DNA of 64,000 bases from Microcoleus sp. (GCA_052279835.1 CP181291.1:5568001-5632000), one strand, 5' to 3'. Counted from the first letter of the stretch, positions 10,202-20,250 are shown. Notes: generated by a model from the letters alone, not told the origin. A program made the numbers and translations.

Positions 10202-11974
10202 GTGAATCGAGTTTCTCCCGCCATTGTAATTTTAGGTCAAAACAGCCAGCCGATCGCCCGCAAAATCGCCACACTTTTCCCCGGTTCACTGATTTACGGT
10301 TTGACCGATCGCACAACCGATGCCGATATCAACATTACCAACTTCGGCGAAACCTTGCGGGAATTATTTACAACCGAAACCCCAATTATCGGCATCTGCG
10401 CCGCCGGAATTCTGATTCGCACCCTCGCCCCACTGCTGTCAGACAAACGCGCCGAACCCCCTGTCTTAGCCGTAGCCGAAGATGGCAGCGCCGTTGTACC
10501 CTTGTTGGGCGGTTTGCACGGGGTGAATGACTTGGCCAGAGAAATTTCCCAAGCCCTCGGCGTGCAGCCAGCCATCACCACTACCGGAGATATCCGGTTT
10601 CGCACCGCCCTACTCAGTCCCCCCCAGGGCTATAATTTGGCAAATCCAGAGGATGCCAAAACTTTTATTTCAAATTTGCTCGCCGGGGCAAAAGTACGCA
10701 TTGAAGGCGCAGCCAACTGGCTCTGGGAGAGTAATTTGCCGATCGACCCAGACGCAAAATTGACTATTCACATCACCGAAAAAGCCATCAAACCAACACC
10801 AGATTGTTTGGTTTACCATCCCAAAACAGTGACAGTCGCCCTCACGCAAATATCCAATATTCAGCCAGAAATAGCGATTTTACTGATCCAGCAAGTCTTG
10901 GCAAAATCTGGTTTGTCCCTAGCTTCAATTGCAGGAATATTTGCCATAAAAAATGACATGGGTTCTCCGGCGCTGACAGCTATTTCAGATTATTTTAAAG
11001 CCCCAGTCCGTTTCTTCAATCTATCAGAACTGACAGAATTTGACTCGGTTAAATTAATAGAATATAACGCAAATTTTGATGTGACGGCGGCACAAATTGC
11101 CCTGACAGCCGGCGGTGCAAACAGTCAGTTAGTCGGGTACGATCGCCTCAACCAACTCAGTTGCGCCATCGCCCTTGCAGCCCAACCCCTTGATGCTGAG
11201 GCGATCGGCATTAGTCGCGGCCAACTGGCGATCGTCGGTACTGGGCCAGGCGGCGCGCCCTGGATGTCCCCGGAAGTTAAGGAAATTCTGCGGGAAGCTA
11301 CGGATTGGGTAGGTTACAAGTTCTATCTTGATTTGGCTGGAACCCTGCGTCCAGGTCAGCAACGACACGATTCTGACAACCGCCAAGAGATCGATCGCGC
11401 CCGTTTTGCCCTAGATTTAGCAGCATCGGGAAAGTCTGTCGCCGTGGTTTCGTCGGGAGATCCGGGGATTTTTGCTATGGCGGCGGCGGTGTTTGAGGCG
11501 ATCGACCTCGATAGCAAACCAGAATGGTATGGTATCGATATCCGTGTCGCACCGGGCATTTCTGCCATGCAGGCCGCCGCGGCAGCCATCGGAGCACCTC
11601 TGGGACACGATTTTTGCGCGATCTCGCTTTCGGATATTCTCAAGCCTTGGGAGGTGATTGAACAGCGAATTGCTGCGGCTGCGGCTGCTGATTTAGTGAT
11701 TGCATTCTACAATCCCATCTCGAAACAGCGGATTTGGCAATTGTCTAAGGCGATCGAAATTTTGTTGCAAAGTCGATCGGCTCAAACCCCCGTCATACTA
11801 GGTAGAAACCTCGGCAGAATTGGACAATCCGTGCGCGTTTGTACACTCGGTGAATTCCAGCCCGAAGACGCGGATATGAGAACTTTGTTAATTATTGGTT
11901 CCAGTCAGACTCGGATTATTCCCCGGAAATATGGAGATGTTTGGGTTTACACCCCCAGACGATATCAGAAATAA
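10202..11974 (+). CDS. cobJ: CbiG-CobJ fusion, precorrin-3B C17-methyltransferase
   Basis: N-terminal CbiG (EPPVLAVAEDGSAVVPLLGGLHG); C-terminal methylase (VGTGPG, VSSGDPGIFAM, GHDFCAISLSD). Confidence 0.93.
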   Translation: MNRVSPAIVILGQNSQPIARKIATLFPGSLIYGLTDRTTDADINITNFGETLRELFTTETPIIGICAAGILIRTLAPLLSDKRAEPPVLAVAEDGSAVVPLLGGLHGVNDLAREISQALGVQPAITTTGDIRFRTALLSPPQGYNLANPEDAKTFISNLLAGAKVRIEGAANWLWESNLPIDPDAKLTIHITEKAIKPTPDCLVYHPKTVTVALTQISNIQPEIAILLIQQVLAKSGLSLASIAGIFAIKNDMGSPALTAISDYFKAPVRFFNLSELTEFDSVKLIEYNANFDVTAAQIALTAGGANSQLVGYDRLNQLSCAIALAAQPLDAEAIGISRGQLAIVGTGPGGAPWMSPEVKEILREATDWVGYKFYLDLAGTLRPGQQRHDSDNRQEIDRARFALDLAASGKSVAVVSSGDPGIFAMAAAVFEAIDLDSKPEWYGIDIRVAPGISAMQAAAAAIGAPLGHDFCAISLSDILKPWEVIEQRIAAAAAADLVIAFYNPISKQRIWQLSKAIEILLQSRSAQTPVILGRNLGRIGQSVRVCTLGEFQPEDADMRTLLIIGSSQTRIIPRKYGDVWVYTPRRYQK

Positions 11975-12824
11975 TCAGCCCTTGAGTGGACGGGGCAGGG
12001 CTGTTTCATTCTTTTGTAGGGGCAGCCCCCCGTGGCTGCTCCAATCTCACCAAACACCTATGGGGGGAGGGCTTCGCGCATTCTATTTTTTACTGAATAC
12101 GACCGTCAGGGCGATCGGACTTTTTCCCCTCATTTTCCTCCTTTTATTCCGATCGCAGACTTTGAATATCTTCAACACTCAAACCAGTAGTTTGACTAAT
12201 AGTTTGATTGTCCAGAACATTCAGAAGTTGCCTAGCAATTTCCAGAGCTTTTTCTCGCATTCCTAGCGCGATTCCTTCTTCTCTGCCTTCTTCTCTACCT
12301 TGTTCTCGCCCTTGTGCGAGTCCTTCTTCAATTCCCTTTCGCAAGATTCCCTGCTGATCCATAATATACCTCTCGCGATCTTCTAAATCTTTCAACTCTT
12401 CAGGATTCAAGTTAGTTTCATTAGCAATCGCAAAAGCTTGTTGTATTTCCGAAACATTTTCCATTGTTGACGGTACTACTTCCAAACAGGGAGCATTTTT
12501 CATAAAATAAACCCACTTATCAGTCAAAGTTTCCAACTCATCCAATTGTTTGTTGAATTTCGGCAATTCAATAAATATCATTTCCATCCCTGGATCTGGA
12601 TACTCAAATAAACGTTCTTTCTCCTTGAACACGAAGTGAGAAATTACTTCTTGGTCATGGTCAAACATTTCAAAGTCAGTAATTGTCAAAGCAATTACTG
12701 GCTTTAATTTAGAGTATAGCCTTTCTCAGGTAGATGAGATACAATGTAACTGACAAGAACAGAGTGGAAAATATTTAGTTCAAAAAGATCGCACAGCTCT
12801 AATTCAATCTTGTGATTGAAGCCC

Positions 12825-12962
12825 CGATCGGGTCACAGCAGTCGATCGGGTCACAGCAGTCGATCGGGTCACAGCAGTCGATCGCCAAAAGCAGTCGATC
12901 GCCAAAAGCAGTCGATCGGGTCACAGCAGTCGATCGCCAAAAGCAGTCGATCGGGTCACAGC
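12825..12962 (+). repeat. Tandem array of 17/18-bp units, each starting with CGATCG, inside the IS630 5' region
   Basis: Unit A=CGATCGGGTCACAGCAGT, unit B=CGATCGCCAAAAGCAGT, order AAABBABA (last unit truncated). Confidence 0.95.
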
Positions 12963-13000
12963 TATTCCCTGATTGTAAAAAGCATCACACCTTACTAAAA

Positions 13001-13957
13001 ATGAAATCTTATTCTATTGACTTTCGACAAAAAATAATTAATGTTTACCATAGTGAGCCCATCTCACAAAGACAAATAGCCAAGCGGTTTTGTGTGGCGA
13101 CTAGCTTCGTTCAAAAATTGCTTAAACAGTATCGCCAAACCCAAAGTATTGCCCCTCAAACTCATCGATGCGGGGGCCTACTTAAACTCAAACCTGAACA
13201 ACTGGTTATTTTAGCGGAATTAATTGAAAAAAATAACGATGCCACCCTCGAAGAACTCTGTCATTTACTCGAGCAAAAAATCGGCGTAAATATCAGTAGG
13301 GCTACAATGGGAAGAATGGCACAACGGTTGAACATAACTTACAAAAAAAAAACTCTCTTCCCCTCAGCTAAAGGCAGTGACAGAGTTCAAAACCTTCGAT
13401 ATGAGTTCTGGCAGCAAATCCGAAATCTGAATATGAATAATTTAATATTTATTGATGAGTCGGGGGTTAATCTAGCTATGGTTAGATTATATGCCCGGTC
13501 GTTAAAAGGCTCAAGAGCCCTTGGGCCTAAACCAAATAGACGTGGCAAAAATGTCTCGATATTGGGAGCAATATCTGTCAAAAAACTGCTGACATCAGTG
13601 AATTTATTAGGCTCAATAGATGGGATTACTTTTGAGGCTTTTATCATCAGAAAACTTGTGCCAAAACTCTGGAAAGGTGCTTGTGTATTGATGGACAACT
13701 ATAGTATTCACAAAGGGGAAGAAATAGAAAAAGCCATTAAGAAAGCGGGAGCAAAGTTAATATTTTTACCCCCGTATTCTCCCGACTTTTCGCCAATTGA
13801 AAATGTATGGTCAAAGCTGAAGTATCTTCTCCGTACTTTTGGTGCGAGAACCTATCAAGCATTAGACTCGGCGATAGTAAGCGCATTTGAGCAAATTGAT
13901 GAGCAAGACCTGTGGAATTGGTTTACTCACTGCTGTTATTGCACCTCATCTATCTGA
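13001..13957 (+). CDS. IS630 family DDE transposase (single uninterrupted frame)
   Basis: MKSYSIDFRQKI HTH; FIDESG, VLMDNYSIH and LPPYSPDFSPIE DDE motifs. Confidence 0.93.
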   Translation: MKSYSIDFRQKIINVYHSEPISQRQIAKRFCVATSFVQKLLKQYRQTQSIAPQTHRCGGLLKLKPEQLVILAELIEKNNDATLEELCHLLEQKIGVNISRATMGRMAQRLNITYKKKTLFPSAKGSDRVQNLRYEFWQQIRNLNMNNLIFIDESGVNLAMVRLYARSLKGSRALGPKPNRRGKNVSILGAISVKKLLTSVNLLGSIDGITFEAFIIRKLVPKLWKGACVLMDNYSIHKGEEIEKAIKKAGAKLIFLPPYSPDFSPIENVWSKLKYLLRTFGARTYQALDSAIVSAFEQIDEQDLWNWFTHCCYCTSSI

Positions 13958-14489
13958 GAAAGGCTATAGCCTTGACCGCGAAACAGTTGAGTTGAGTAAG
14001 CTTTGGCAGTATTGTAGACAACTCGTTTTGCAAAAGATGCCACATTTAACACTTGCATCTCAATAATTACAATTTGGCCTCCTGCAAGTTTTGCTTGAAC
14101 ATCCAGGTAAGAATCTTTGAGATAAGCAACTTTGGATGGTAAATACGGATCGATAATTTCTAAGTCGGTGATGGTGGAATTTCCACGATAAATCATGGCA
14201 TTCAGAAAGCTGATTAAAATTGGTTTGCTTTCGTTAGAACCGAAAATCTTTTTGAATGCAAAGTCGGTTTTGGGGTTAATGAATCTCATGGTAATTTTTC
14301 GTTCTCCTAGCGCTGCAATGACTCAATCTATCTGGCAAGGACAATCAAAACATTTAAAGATTTGCTGAGCTGTGTGGGGACGATCATTTTTTACGATGTT
14401 CCGCCACACCGGGAATTCATAAACTGAAAATTAAGCTGTCTTGACTGATTTCAATTATAACTGAGATCTTGCACCATTCTCAATTAGCT

Positions 14490-14650
14490 GTAGGGGCGGG
14501 TTCACCAACAATATATAAGAAGAATCAACAATCTCAATAAACCCGCCCGCCCCCAACGGTAAATTCAAATGCACCTCTTTCAAGATACAAGGGGCGGGTT
14601 CGCCATTAGCCTTAAAGCTTACAGACAGGTTAAGCAAACCCGCCCTCCCC
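14490..14650. repeat. GTAG-type REP-like doublet
   Basis: GTAGGGGCGGGTT...AAACCCGCCC, then GGGGCGGGTT...AAACCCGCCC; similar to 5364-5450. Confidence 0.7.
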
Positions 14651-14764
14651 CATCGAAAATCCCTTTACCGATTATTTTTATCGCCCTTTATGTTCTTGAA
14701 ATACTTGTATGAATTTTTGCATTACAGGTCTTTCACTGTCAACTTTATTTCAATGAATTTAGTT

Positions 14765-15769
14765 ATGACCGACCTTTTAATCGTGACTTCCGAGACAGAC
14801 ATTCATGCAGATGTCGTTATCAACGAATTACAAAAATCAAATATTCGAGCAATTCGCTTGAATTCAGAAAGTTTTATTAAAAACAGCAAATATGCTTACT
14901 CGTGGCAAGCTTCGGGCAATCCCAGTCAAAGTTTTTTGTCCTTTGAAGACTCCTTGAAAGAAGCTCAAGATATTGGCGTGATTTGGTGGCGCAAACCACA
15001 AGATTATCAAGTGTTTCCAGAAGTTGATGATGCTTGGGCTATCAAGTATTGTCAAGAAGAAACAGAATCTTTAATGTATTCTCTTTCTGGACTCTATCCC
15101 AAAGCTAGATGGGTGAATAACTACTACAAAATTAGATTGCCATCCCATCGCATCAACCAAATCCCCATTGCTCAAAAAGTGGGAATTACTATCCCTCCAA
15201 CACTCGTCACCAATTCCTACGATGCGGCTTGCAACTTTGTGACACAACAGGGAAAGTGCATTGTCAAACCCATGCGCTACTCTGGTTTTCTACATGATGA
15301 AAAGCAATATGCGTGCTACACTCGTCCCATTGATGTAGAAACACTTGAGGTATTTCGAGATAGTATTCGATTGGCACCTGTTTTTATTCAAAAACGCATT
15401 CAAAAAAAAGCTGAATATCGTGTTACATTAATTGGCAAGCATGATTTTGTCTGTCGCATTGATGCCAAACATACCAACGATTCAGATGTAACCTTAGATT
15501 GGCGCGTCACCGAACCGGATAAACTCGTTCATGTTCCCGACAAGCTACCAATGGATTACCTCAACAAACTTCATCAAATGCTTGACGAATTTGGTTTAAA
15601 TTTTGGTGCATTCGACATCATTCGTGACGATGATGATACGCTCTATTTTATCGAACTCAATCCCAACGGACAGTGGTATTGGATCGAAATTCTCACTAAA
15701 ATGCCTATGGTTCGCGCCATGGTTGAACTCATCGAAGATTTAGCGCTGCAATATCAACAGGATTGCTGA
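14765..15769 (+). CDS. MvdC/MvdD-like ATP-grasp ribosomal peptide maturase
   Basis: LIVT..D.HAD.V, VIWWRKP, IPPTLVTN, IVKP, PVFIQKRIQKKAEYRVTLIG, DWR, LNFGAFD and FIELNPNGQWYWIE motifs; start could be 14753 or 14765. Confidence 0.85.
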   Translation: MTDLLIVTSETDIHADVVINELQKSNIRAIRLNSESFIKNSKYAYSWQASGNPSQSFLSFEDSLKEAQDIGVIWWRKPQDYQVFPEVDDAWAIKYCQEETESLMYSLSGLYPKARWVNNYYKIRLPSHRINQIPIAQKVGITIPPTLVTNSYDAACNFVTQQGKCIVKPMRYSGFLHDEKQYACYTRPIDVETLEVFRDSIRLAPVFIQKRIQKKAEYRVTLIGKHDFVCRIDAKHTNDSDVTLDWRVTEPDKLVHVPDKLPMDYLNKLHQMLDEFGLNFGAFDIIRDDDDTLYFIELNPNGQWYWIEILTKMPMVRAMVELIEDLALQYQQDC

Positions 15770-15829
15770 ATTCGATCGAAAATTACACATTTTATTAGGA
15801 TTGCTTCGTTCCTCCTATCGGACAAGGAT

Positions 15830-16699
15830 TCAACGAGCTACAGCCACATCCTCAGATATCACCTGAGAATGCTCCACCCGAAACACATTCGCGCTTAAAT
15901 TAGCCACAACTTGTTTCCCCTGCTGCGTCAGTTCCAAATAGCCGATCGCATCCTTGATATACCGATAAACCACATTCCAATAAAACTTAGGATATCCATC
16001 CCGCAAATCCCCCGGATTCCTATACCCCAAAACCTGATTCTGACCAGTTTCCTCAAACTCGTAAAACAGCGCCGCCACTTTTTGTAAATATCGCGGATCG
16101 CTCAACTGACCAATTAAATCAGCCGCGCGAACTAAACCTGGATAATTGACCGTATCTTGATAATCTTCATCCGCCGGCACCGGGAAACGAGTTAGCTCAA
16201 TATTACGCTTAACCCGCTCCGCATCAATCAGTTTATGACCGCCAAAACGCTCAGAAACAAACATTTTACCGCGATCGACATGATAGAGAGTCAAACTAGC
16301 ATCCGTCGCCCCCGGAGGCAGTTTTATTTTTCCATCGCCTACCCCCGTCGCATACATCCTCAAATCAGTTTGATCGAGACGGCAAACTCCCTTCACATAC
16401 CCAATATCGTGACATAGCAAAGCGATGTGGAAATGTAGCCAATCTTCACAGGAAACACCCCCTTCACGAATGTGTTTGCCACGCATAATTTCCTGTCCCA
16501 CCAAGGTCACTAAAATAGTATGTTCTACATTGTGGTAAAGAGCATCGCTATTGGCAATATTTTGCAAGGCCATATCAGCTACCCAGCCAATAATCTCTCC
16601 ATAGTCTGACTTGAAGCCACCGTAAGTGTAGCGGTATCCTTCAATCAGCCGATTTATGAAAGCTTTAATCAGTAATTCTGTGGCATTAAACATATTCAC
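15830..16699 (-). CDS. Npun_R2479-family HD domain metalloprotein
   Basis: DALYHNVEHT, LLCHDIGYVKG, YHVDRG and RAADLIGQL motifs. Confidence 0.85.
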   Translation of the reverse strand: MNMFNATELLIKAFINRLIEGYRYTYGGFKSDYGEIIGWVADMALQNIANSDALYHNVEHTILVTLVGQEIMRGKHIREGGVSCEDWLHFHIALLCHDIGYVKGVCRLDQTDLRMYATGVGDGKIKLPPGATDASLTLYHVDRGKMFVSERFGGHKLIDAERVKRNIELTRFPVPADEDYQDTVNYPGLVRAADLIGQLSDPRYLQKVAALFYEFEETGQNQVLGYRNPGDLRDGYPKFYWNVVYRYIKDAIGYLELTQQGKQVVANLSANVFRVEHSQVISEDVAVAR

Positions 16700-17366
16700 T
16701 TCCCTGCTCGAAACTAGCGGTTTAAATATTTTTATCCTGGTTGAGGAGAGGCAACAATTTTAGCTTGATTTTTAGCTACTTTTTTCTCTGAATTCCCGTT
16801 ATTATCTACAAGCATCTACTAATAGATTATGAACGACGAAGGCTGAAATTAGCTATCGAACAACTAGCCACTCCAGGCGCACCCTAAATAATTGGCATCT
16901 ATAGGCGATCGAGGTGTCAGACCCTTCAATCACCACTAACCCCTGACAATCAAGTTATTTCATTAAGTAAAATCCCACATCTCACATCTAACATCCAAAA
17001 TTGTTTGACATCTTCCGCTGCGATCGCCCTATCGTTGGATATTTCACTCAACAGAACACATTAACAGTATAACTTGGTACAACTACTTAGCTAGGAATCG
17101 CGATCGGAAATCTATTCAATCTAACTACTATCCCACTGCATCCGCAAGTCGAGGGGGCAATAGCTAAATCCTGGTAATGATTTTGAGAAAAAATACTTAG
17201 GGTATAGTTATCACAAACCTCAGTAATTATGACTAATAGTAACTCTACTTCATCATCCACTCAATCCGTAGATTCTCAGGTGACGAGGATAAGTCTTTTT
17301 TGTGACACCTCGATTCTCAAGAGGCGATCGGCACACCTCATTTTTGTGATTTCAAGCCCAAATTAA

Positions 17367-17409
17367 TGTGATCTGTATCACCCATGGGAACTAAAACAGT
17401 ATATATAAT
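17367..17409 (+). promoter_or_regulatory. CRP-type box (TGTGA-N6-TCACC) with TATAAT -10, class II spacing
   Basis: TGTGAtctgtaTCACC at 17367-17382; TATAAT at 17404-17409. Confidence 0.65.
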
Positions 17410-17528
17410 ATAAAAAAAATAATAAAATAACAAATTAAGTGCATCTCTCCATAATTCCTGTCCCGTAAATTTCTCTGCGATACATTATCTCCTCCACTTA
17501 ATCATCTTCATAATCAAGGTTATAGGCA

Positions 17529-18341
17529 ATGATTCAAGCACAAAATAAATATGCCGACCTTTCTCAACGCCGACACCCAGATATCCTAGGGCAAATTCCT
17601 CTAGAAGTTAAAGATTGGGCCCAAAGCCTCCCTTGGAACAAGCGCCGCTATCTATTGTCCCTCTGTTATATCTTGTGCGCATCCACTCCCGACTTGCAAG
17701 CCGAATTTTTAGATGACTACACGGCAGATGGCTTAGTTTCAAAAATGTTTGAAGATGTAGATACCCTACATCGAGTCAAACAGTATCTGATCAGGTTCCG
17801 AGTTAAAAAAGAATTAAACGAATCAGATTTAAGAACTTACATCAAACAATTTTATATCCACTCCGCTCAACAAGTACGCGGGCAAAACGACCAGTATTTA
17901 GAATCGGCACTTCGTTTCGTTTTGAGTACAGAAGAACGAAATAATGTTTTCAACTACATTTTGGGTTTTGAATTTATTAAAATAGTATTTCAAATGAGCT
18001 GGTTGCAACACGAACGATTGGCGAGACTACAAAAAAATCAGTGCCAGTTTATCGAAACTTACATCAAGCCGATTCAACACGCACACAAAATCAACGGTAT
18101 CATTGTTCCAAAAGATGAAAAAATATTTTTTGCGAGGCGGGTATATTACGTTCAACAGCCCGATATTTCCTACAAAAAACTAATTGAATTAGTGACCGCA
18201 ACTTTTACCACAGAAATGGTAACTAACTGTGGATTTTCTATAAGTCGGCACGCACAAGCTTTGCACTTTGACTGCGATTATATCTACAATCCAGAGCCGG
18301 AAGAAGCAAGATTTCCAACGGAATTGCAATTTATTTATTGA
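17529..18341 (+). CDS. Conserved cyanobacterial hypothetical protein (similar proteins are often labelled cobyrinic acid a,c-diamide synthase, but no CbiA motifs are visible)
   Basis: 270-aa ORF with upstream promoter; no P-loop or glutaminase motif seen. Confidence 0.7.
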   Translation: MIQAQNKYADLSQRRHPDILGQIPLEVKDWAQSLPWNKRRYLLSLCYILCASTPDLQAEFLDDYTADGLVSKMFEDVDTLHRVKQYLIRFRVKKELNESDLRTYIKQFYIHSAQQVRGQNDQYLESALRFVLSTEERNNVFNYILGFEFIKIVFQMSWLQHERLARLQKNQCQFIETYIKPIQHAHKINGIIVPKDEKIFFARRVYYVQQPDISYKKLIELVTATFTTEMVTNCGFSISRHAQALHFDCDYIYNPEPEEARFPTELQFIY

Positions 18342-18353
18342 TAATCAAGCAAA

Positions 18354-18705
18354 TATAGCCTTTCGATCTGTCCTATGAGGTACGAGCGAGAATCGGTAAT
18401 GGGTAATGGGTAATGGGTAATGGGTAATAGGCGATTGGTAACAGGTAATGGGTAATTGGTAATTAATAATGCCCTATAGCCTCTGCCCCATGCTTCGACC
18501 CGCTCGCGAAGCCGAAGGGCTCAGTACAAGTTACCCATTACCCATTACCCATTATATCAATTCCGGTTGTATCGGAATTGATATAACCGCGAAGGCGCTA
18601 AGGACGCGAAGGAAGAGAAGAGAGAGTTTAATACAGGACGATGAAGAGAGGATTTTATATTACCCATTACCCATTACCCATGCCCCATTACCCCTTACCC
18701 ATTAA
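18354..18705. repeat. Composite repeat tract: IS630-like end remnant, (GGTAATG)n and (TTACCCA)n arrays, CTTCGAC-type small repeat and ATATCAATTCCGG MITE fragment
   Basis: Direct inspection; parts match 12717, 33001 and 48590. Confidence 0.75.
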
Positions 18706-18851
18706 TTCTCAAATTTCTGAGTGCAAATCCATAGCACCTAGATTCCCTCAGAACAGATAAAAATGGGCAACTATGCCTTGTGGAGGATAGTCTGAAATGG
18801 CCAATTTTTGGGATAATAAACAGCAGCACTCAACTTAGCTGAGGAACCAAC

Positions 18852-20003
18852 GTGCTGCTATCAAAAGGTTTTGAAGTAGAAATGTATACCGGCACGCCAG
18901 AAGGTGATGTTGTCGGTCTCTCCGATCGCATAGTCGCTGATTTAGAGGGATTTGTACGAGAACCCGATAGTCGCAATGTAGAATACACGACGGCCCCACT
19001 ATGCAGCTACGATCGCCTGCTGTGTGCCCTAGTCAAGCCGCGAGTCCGGCTGCGGCAATATTTAAAACAATTGGGCGACTATACCTTACTGCCGGGAAGT
19101 ACCCTCTCTCTGGGAGGGAGCGATCGATTTTACAGATCGGACCCCAACAACCCCTACCACACCTACATCGAGCAAACCTACGGCACCAAAGTCGTCACCG
19201 CCAGCATTCACATCAACATCGGCATCGCTCAACCAGAAATGCTGATGCGGGCAATTCGCCTCGCCCGCGTGGAAGCACCCCTCTACCTGGCTTTGAGTGC
19301 TTCCTCCCCTTTCCTAGATGGCGAAGTCACCGGCTATCATTCCACCCGCTGGGGTTTGTTTCCCAAAACTCCCGCCATCGTCCCCCTGTTTGAAAGTCAC
19401 AAGCATTACATCCAGTGGACTGAGGAACAGCTACAACTCGGTACCATGCAAAACGTCCGCCACCTGTGGTCTGCCGTGCGCCCCAATGGCGATCGTCGCC
19501 CCTACTGTCTCAACCGCCTAGAACTGAGAATTTGTGACCTTGAAGTCAATCCTCTTGCCCTGTTAGCCATTACAGCCTTGCTAGAAGCTCGGATTGGGCA
19601 GATGATGGAAGACCCCAGCTTAGACCCCTTAGAACTGTCCACCTTCCCCGCGGCTACCCGCAACCAAGACTTAGTTGCTCTCACCGATGCCAACGAAATT
19701 GCTGCATCTCGTCACAGTTTGGATGCGGAACTCCGACACTGGCAAGATGGCAGAACTATTCTGGCACGGGATTGGATAGAGGAAATTTACCAGCAAGTGT
19801 GGCCAATTGCCAAAAAAAGTGGCTTTAGCTGCTTTCTCTCACCGCTCAAAAAGATTCTGCGAGAAGGCAACACCGCCCAGCAGTGGTTAAAACTCCATGA
19901 GAGTGGTTTGGACACCCGCAGTATTATTCGGCAAGGGATTAATGGTATGGTTCAACAGGAATGGGAACTCGAAGATAACTTGTGCGCCCAGTTAGTTGCT
20001 TGA
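18852..20003 (+). CDS. gshA: Glutamate--cysteine ligase, cyanobacterial type
   Basis: LLSKGFEVEMYTG...EPDSRNVEYTT...VVTASIHINIG...NRLELRICD. Confidence 0.92.
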   Translation: MLLSKGFEVEMYTGTPEGDVVGLSDRIVADLEGFVREPDSRNVEYTTAPLCSYDRLLCALVKPRVRLRQYLKQLGDYTLLPGSTLSLGGSDRFYRSDPNNPYHTYIEQTYGTKVVTASIHINIGIAQPEMLMRAIRLARVEAPLYLALSASSPFLDGEVTGYHSTRWGLFPKTPAIVPLFESHKHYIQWTEEQLQLGTMQNVRHLWSAVRPNGDRRPYCLNRLELRICDLEVNPLALLAITALLEARIGQMMEDPSLDPLELSTFPAATRNQDLVALTDANEIAASRHSLDAELRHWQDGRTILARDWIEEIYQQVWPIAKKSGFSCFLSPLKKILREGNTAQQWLKLHESGLDTRSIIRQGINGMVQQEWELEDNLCAQLVA

Positions 20004-20250
20004 AAAGACAATTTCCCGACAAATCAGAATATTTAATCAATCGCGTCAGACACAGGTTATAAATAAAAGCTATGGTTGTCTCTACCTTTGGGTAGATTTT
20101 TCTGCAACTACCAAGACGGTTAAGACGCTCTTAATGGCCCAAACCATTAGACATCTCCCTTCTTCCTTTTTCCTGAATTTCCCCCCTGCCACCCAACGGC
20201 GGAGGGGGGGTGACTTCTTCGTTCTTGCTTCTTCCTTCTTCTATAGCTTC

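Larger units (their letters stand above)
12717..13966 (+). mobile_element. IS630-family insertion sequence with TA target-site duplication
   Basis: TIRs TAGCCTTTCTCAGGTAGATGAG / CTCATCTATCTGAGAAAGGCTA; TA at 12715-16 and 13967-68. Confidence 0.95.
12144..14289 (-). pseudogene. Rpn family PD-(D/E)XK nuclease/putative transposase interrupted by IS630
   Basis: N-terminal part MRFINPKTDFAFKKIFG...LDVQAKL...IEMQV (14289-13967). Removing the IS and one TA restores ...RGQGYSKLKPVIALTITDFEMF in frame with the 12144 segment. Confidence 0.92.

Noticed and set aside
12825..12962. Possible CRISPR array
   Set aside because: Units are 17-18 bp with only two alternating variants and no unique spacers; no cas genes nearby.
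14328..14378. 16-codon ORF MTQSIWQGQSKHLKIC as a graspetide precursor
   Set aside because: Too short, no acidic acceptor residues, no leader motif.
17067..17080. GTA-N8-TAC NtcA-like box
   Set aside because: No TAN3T -10 at 22 nt spacing on either strand; may be a chance match.
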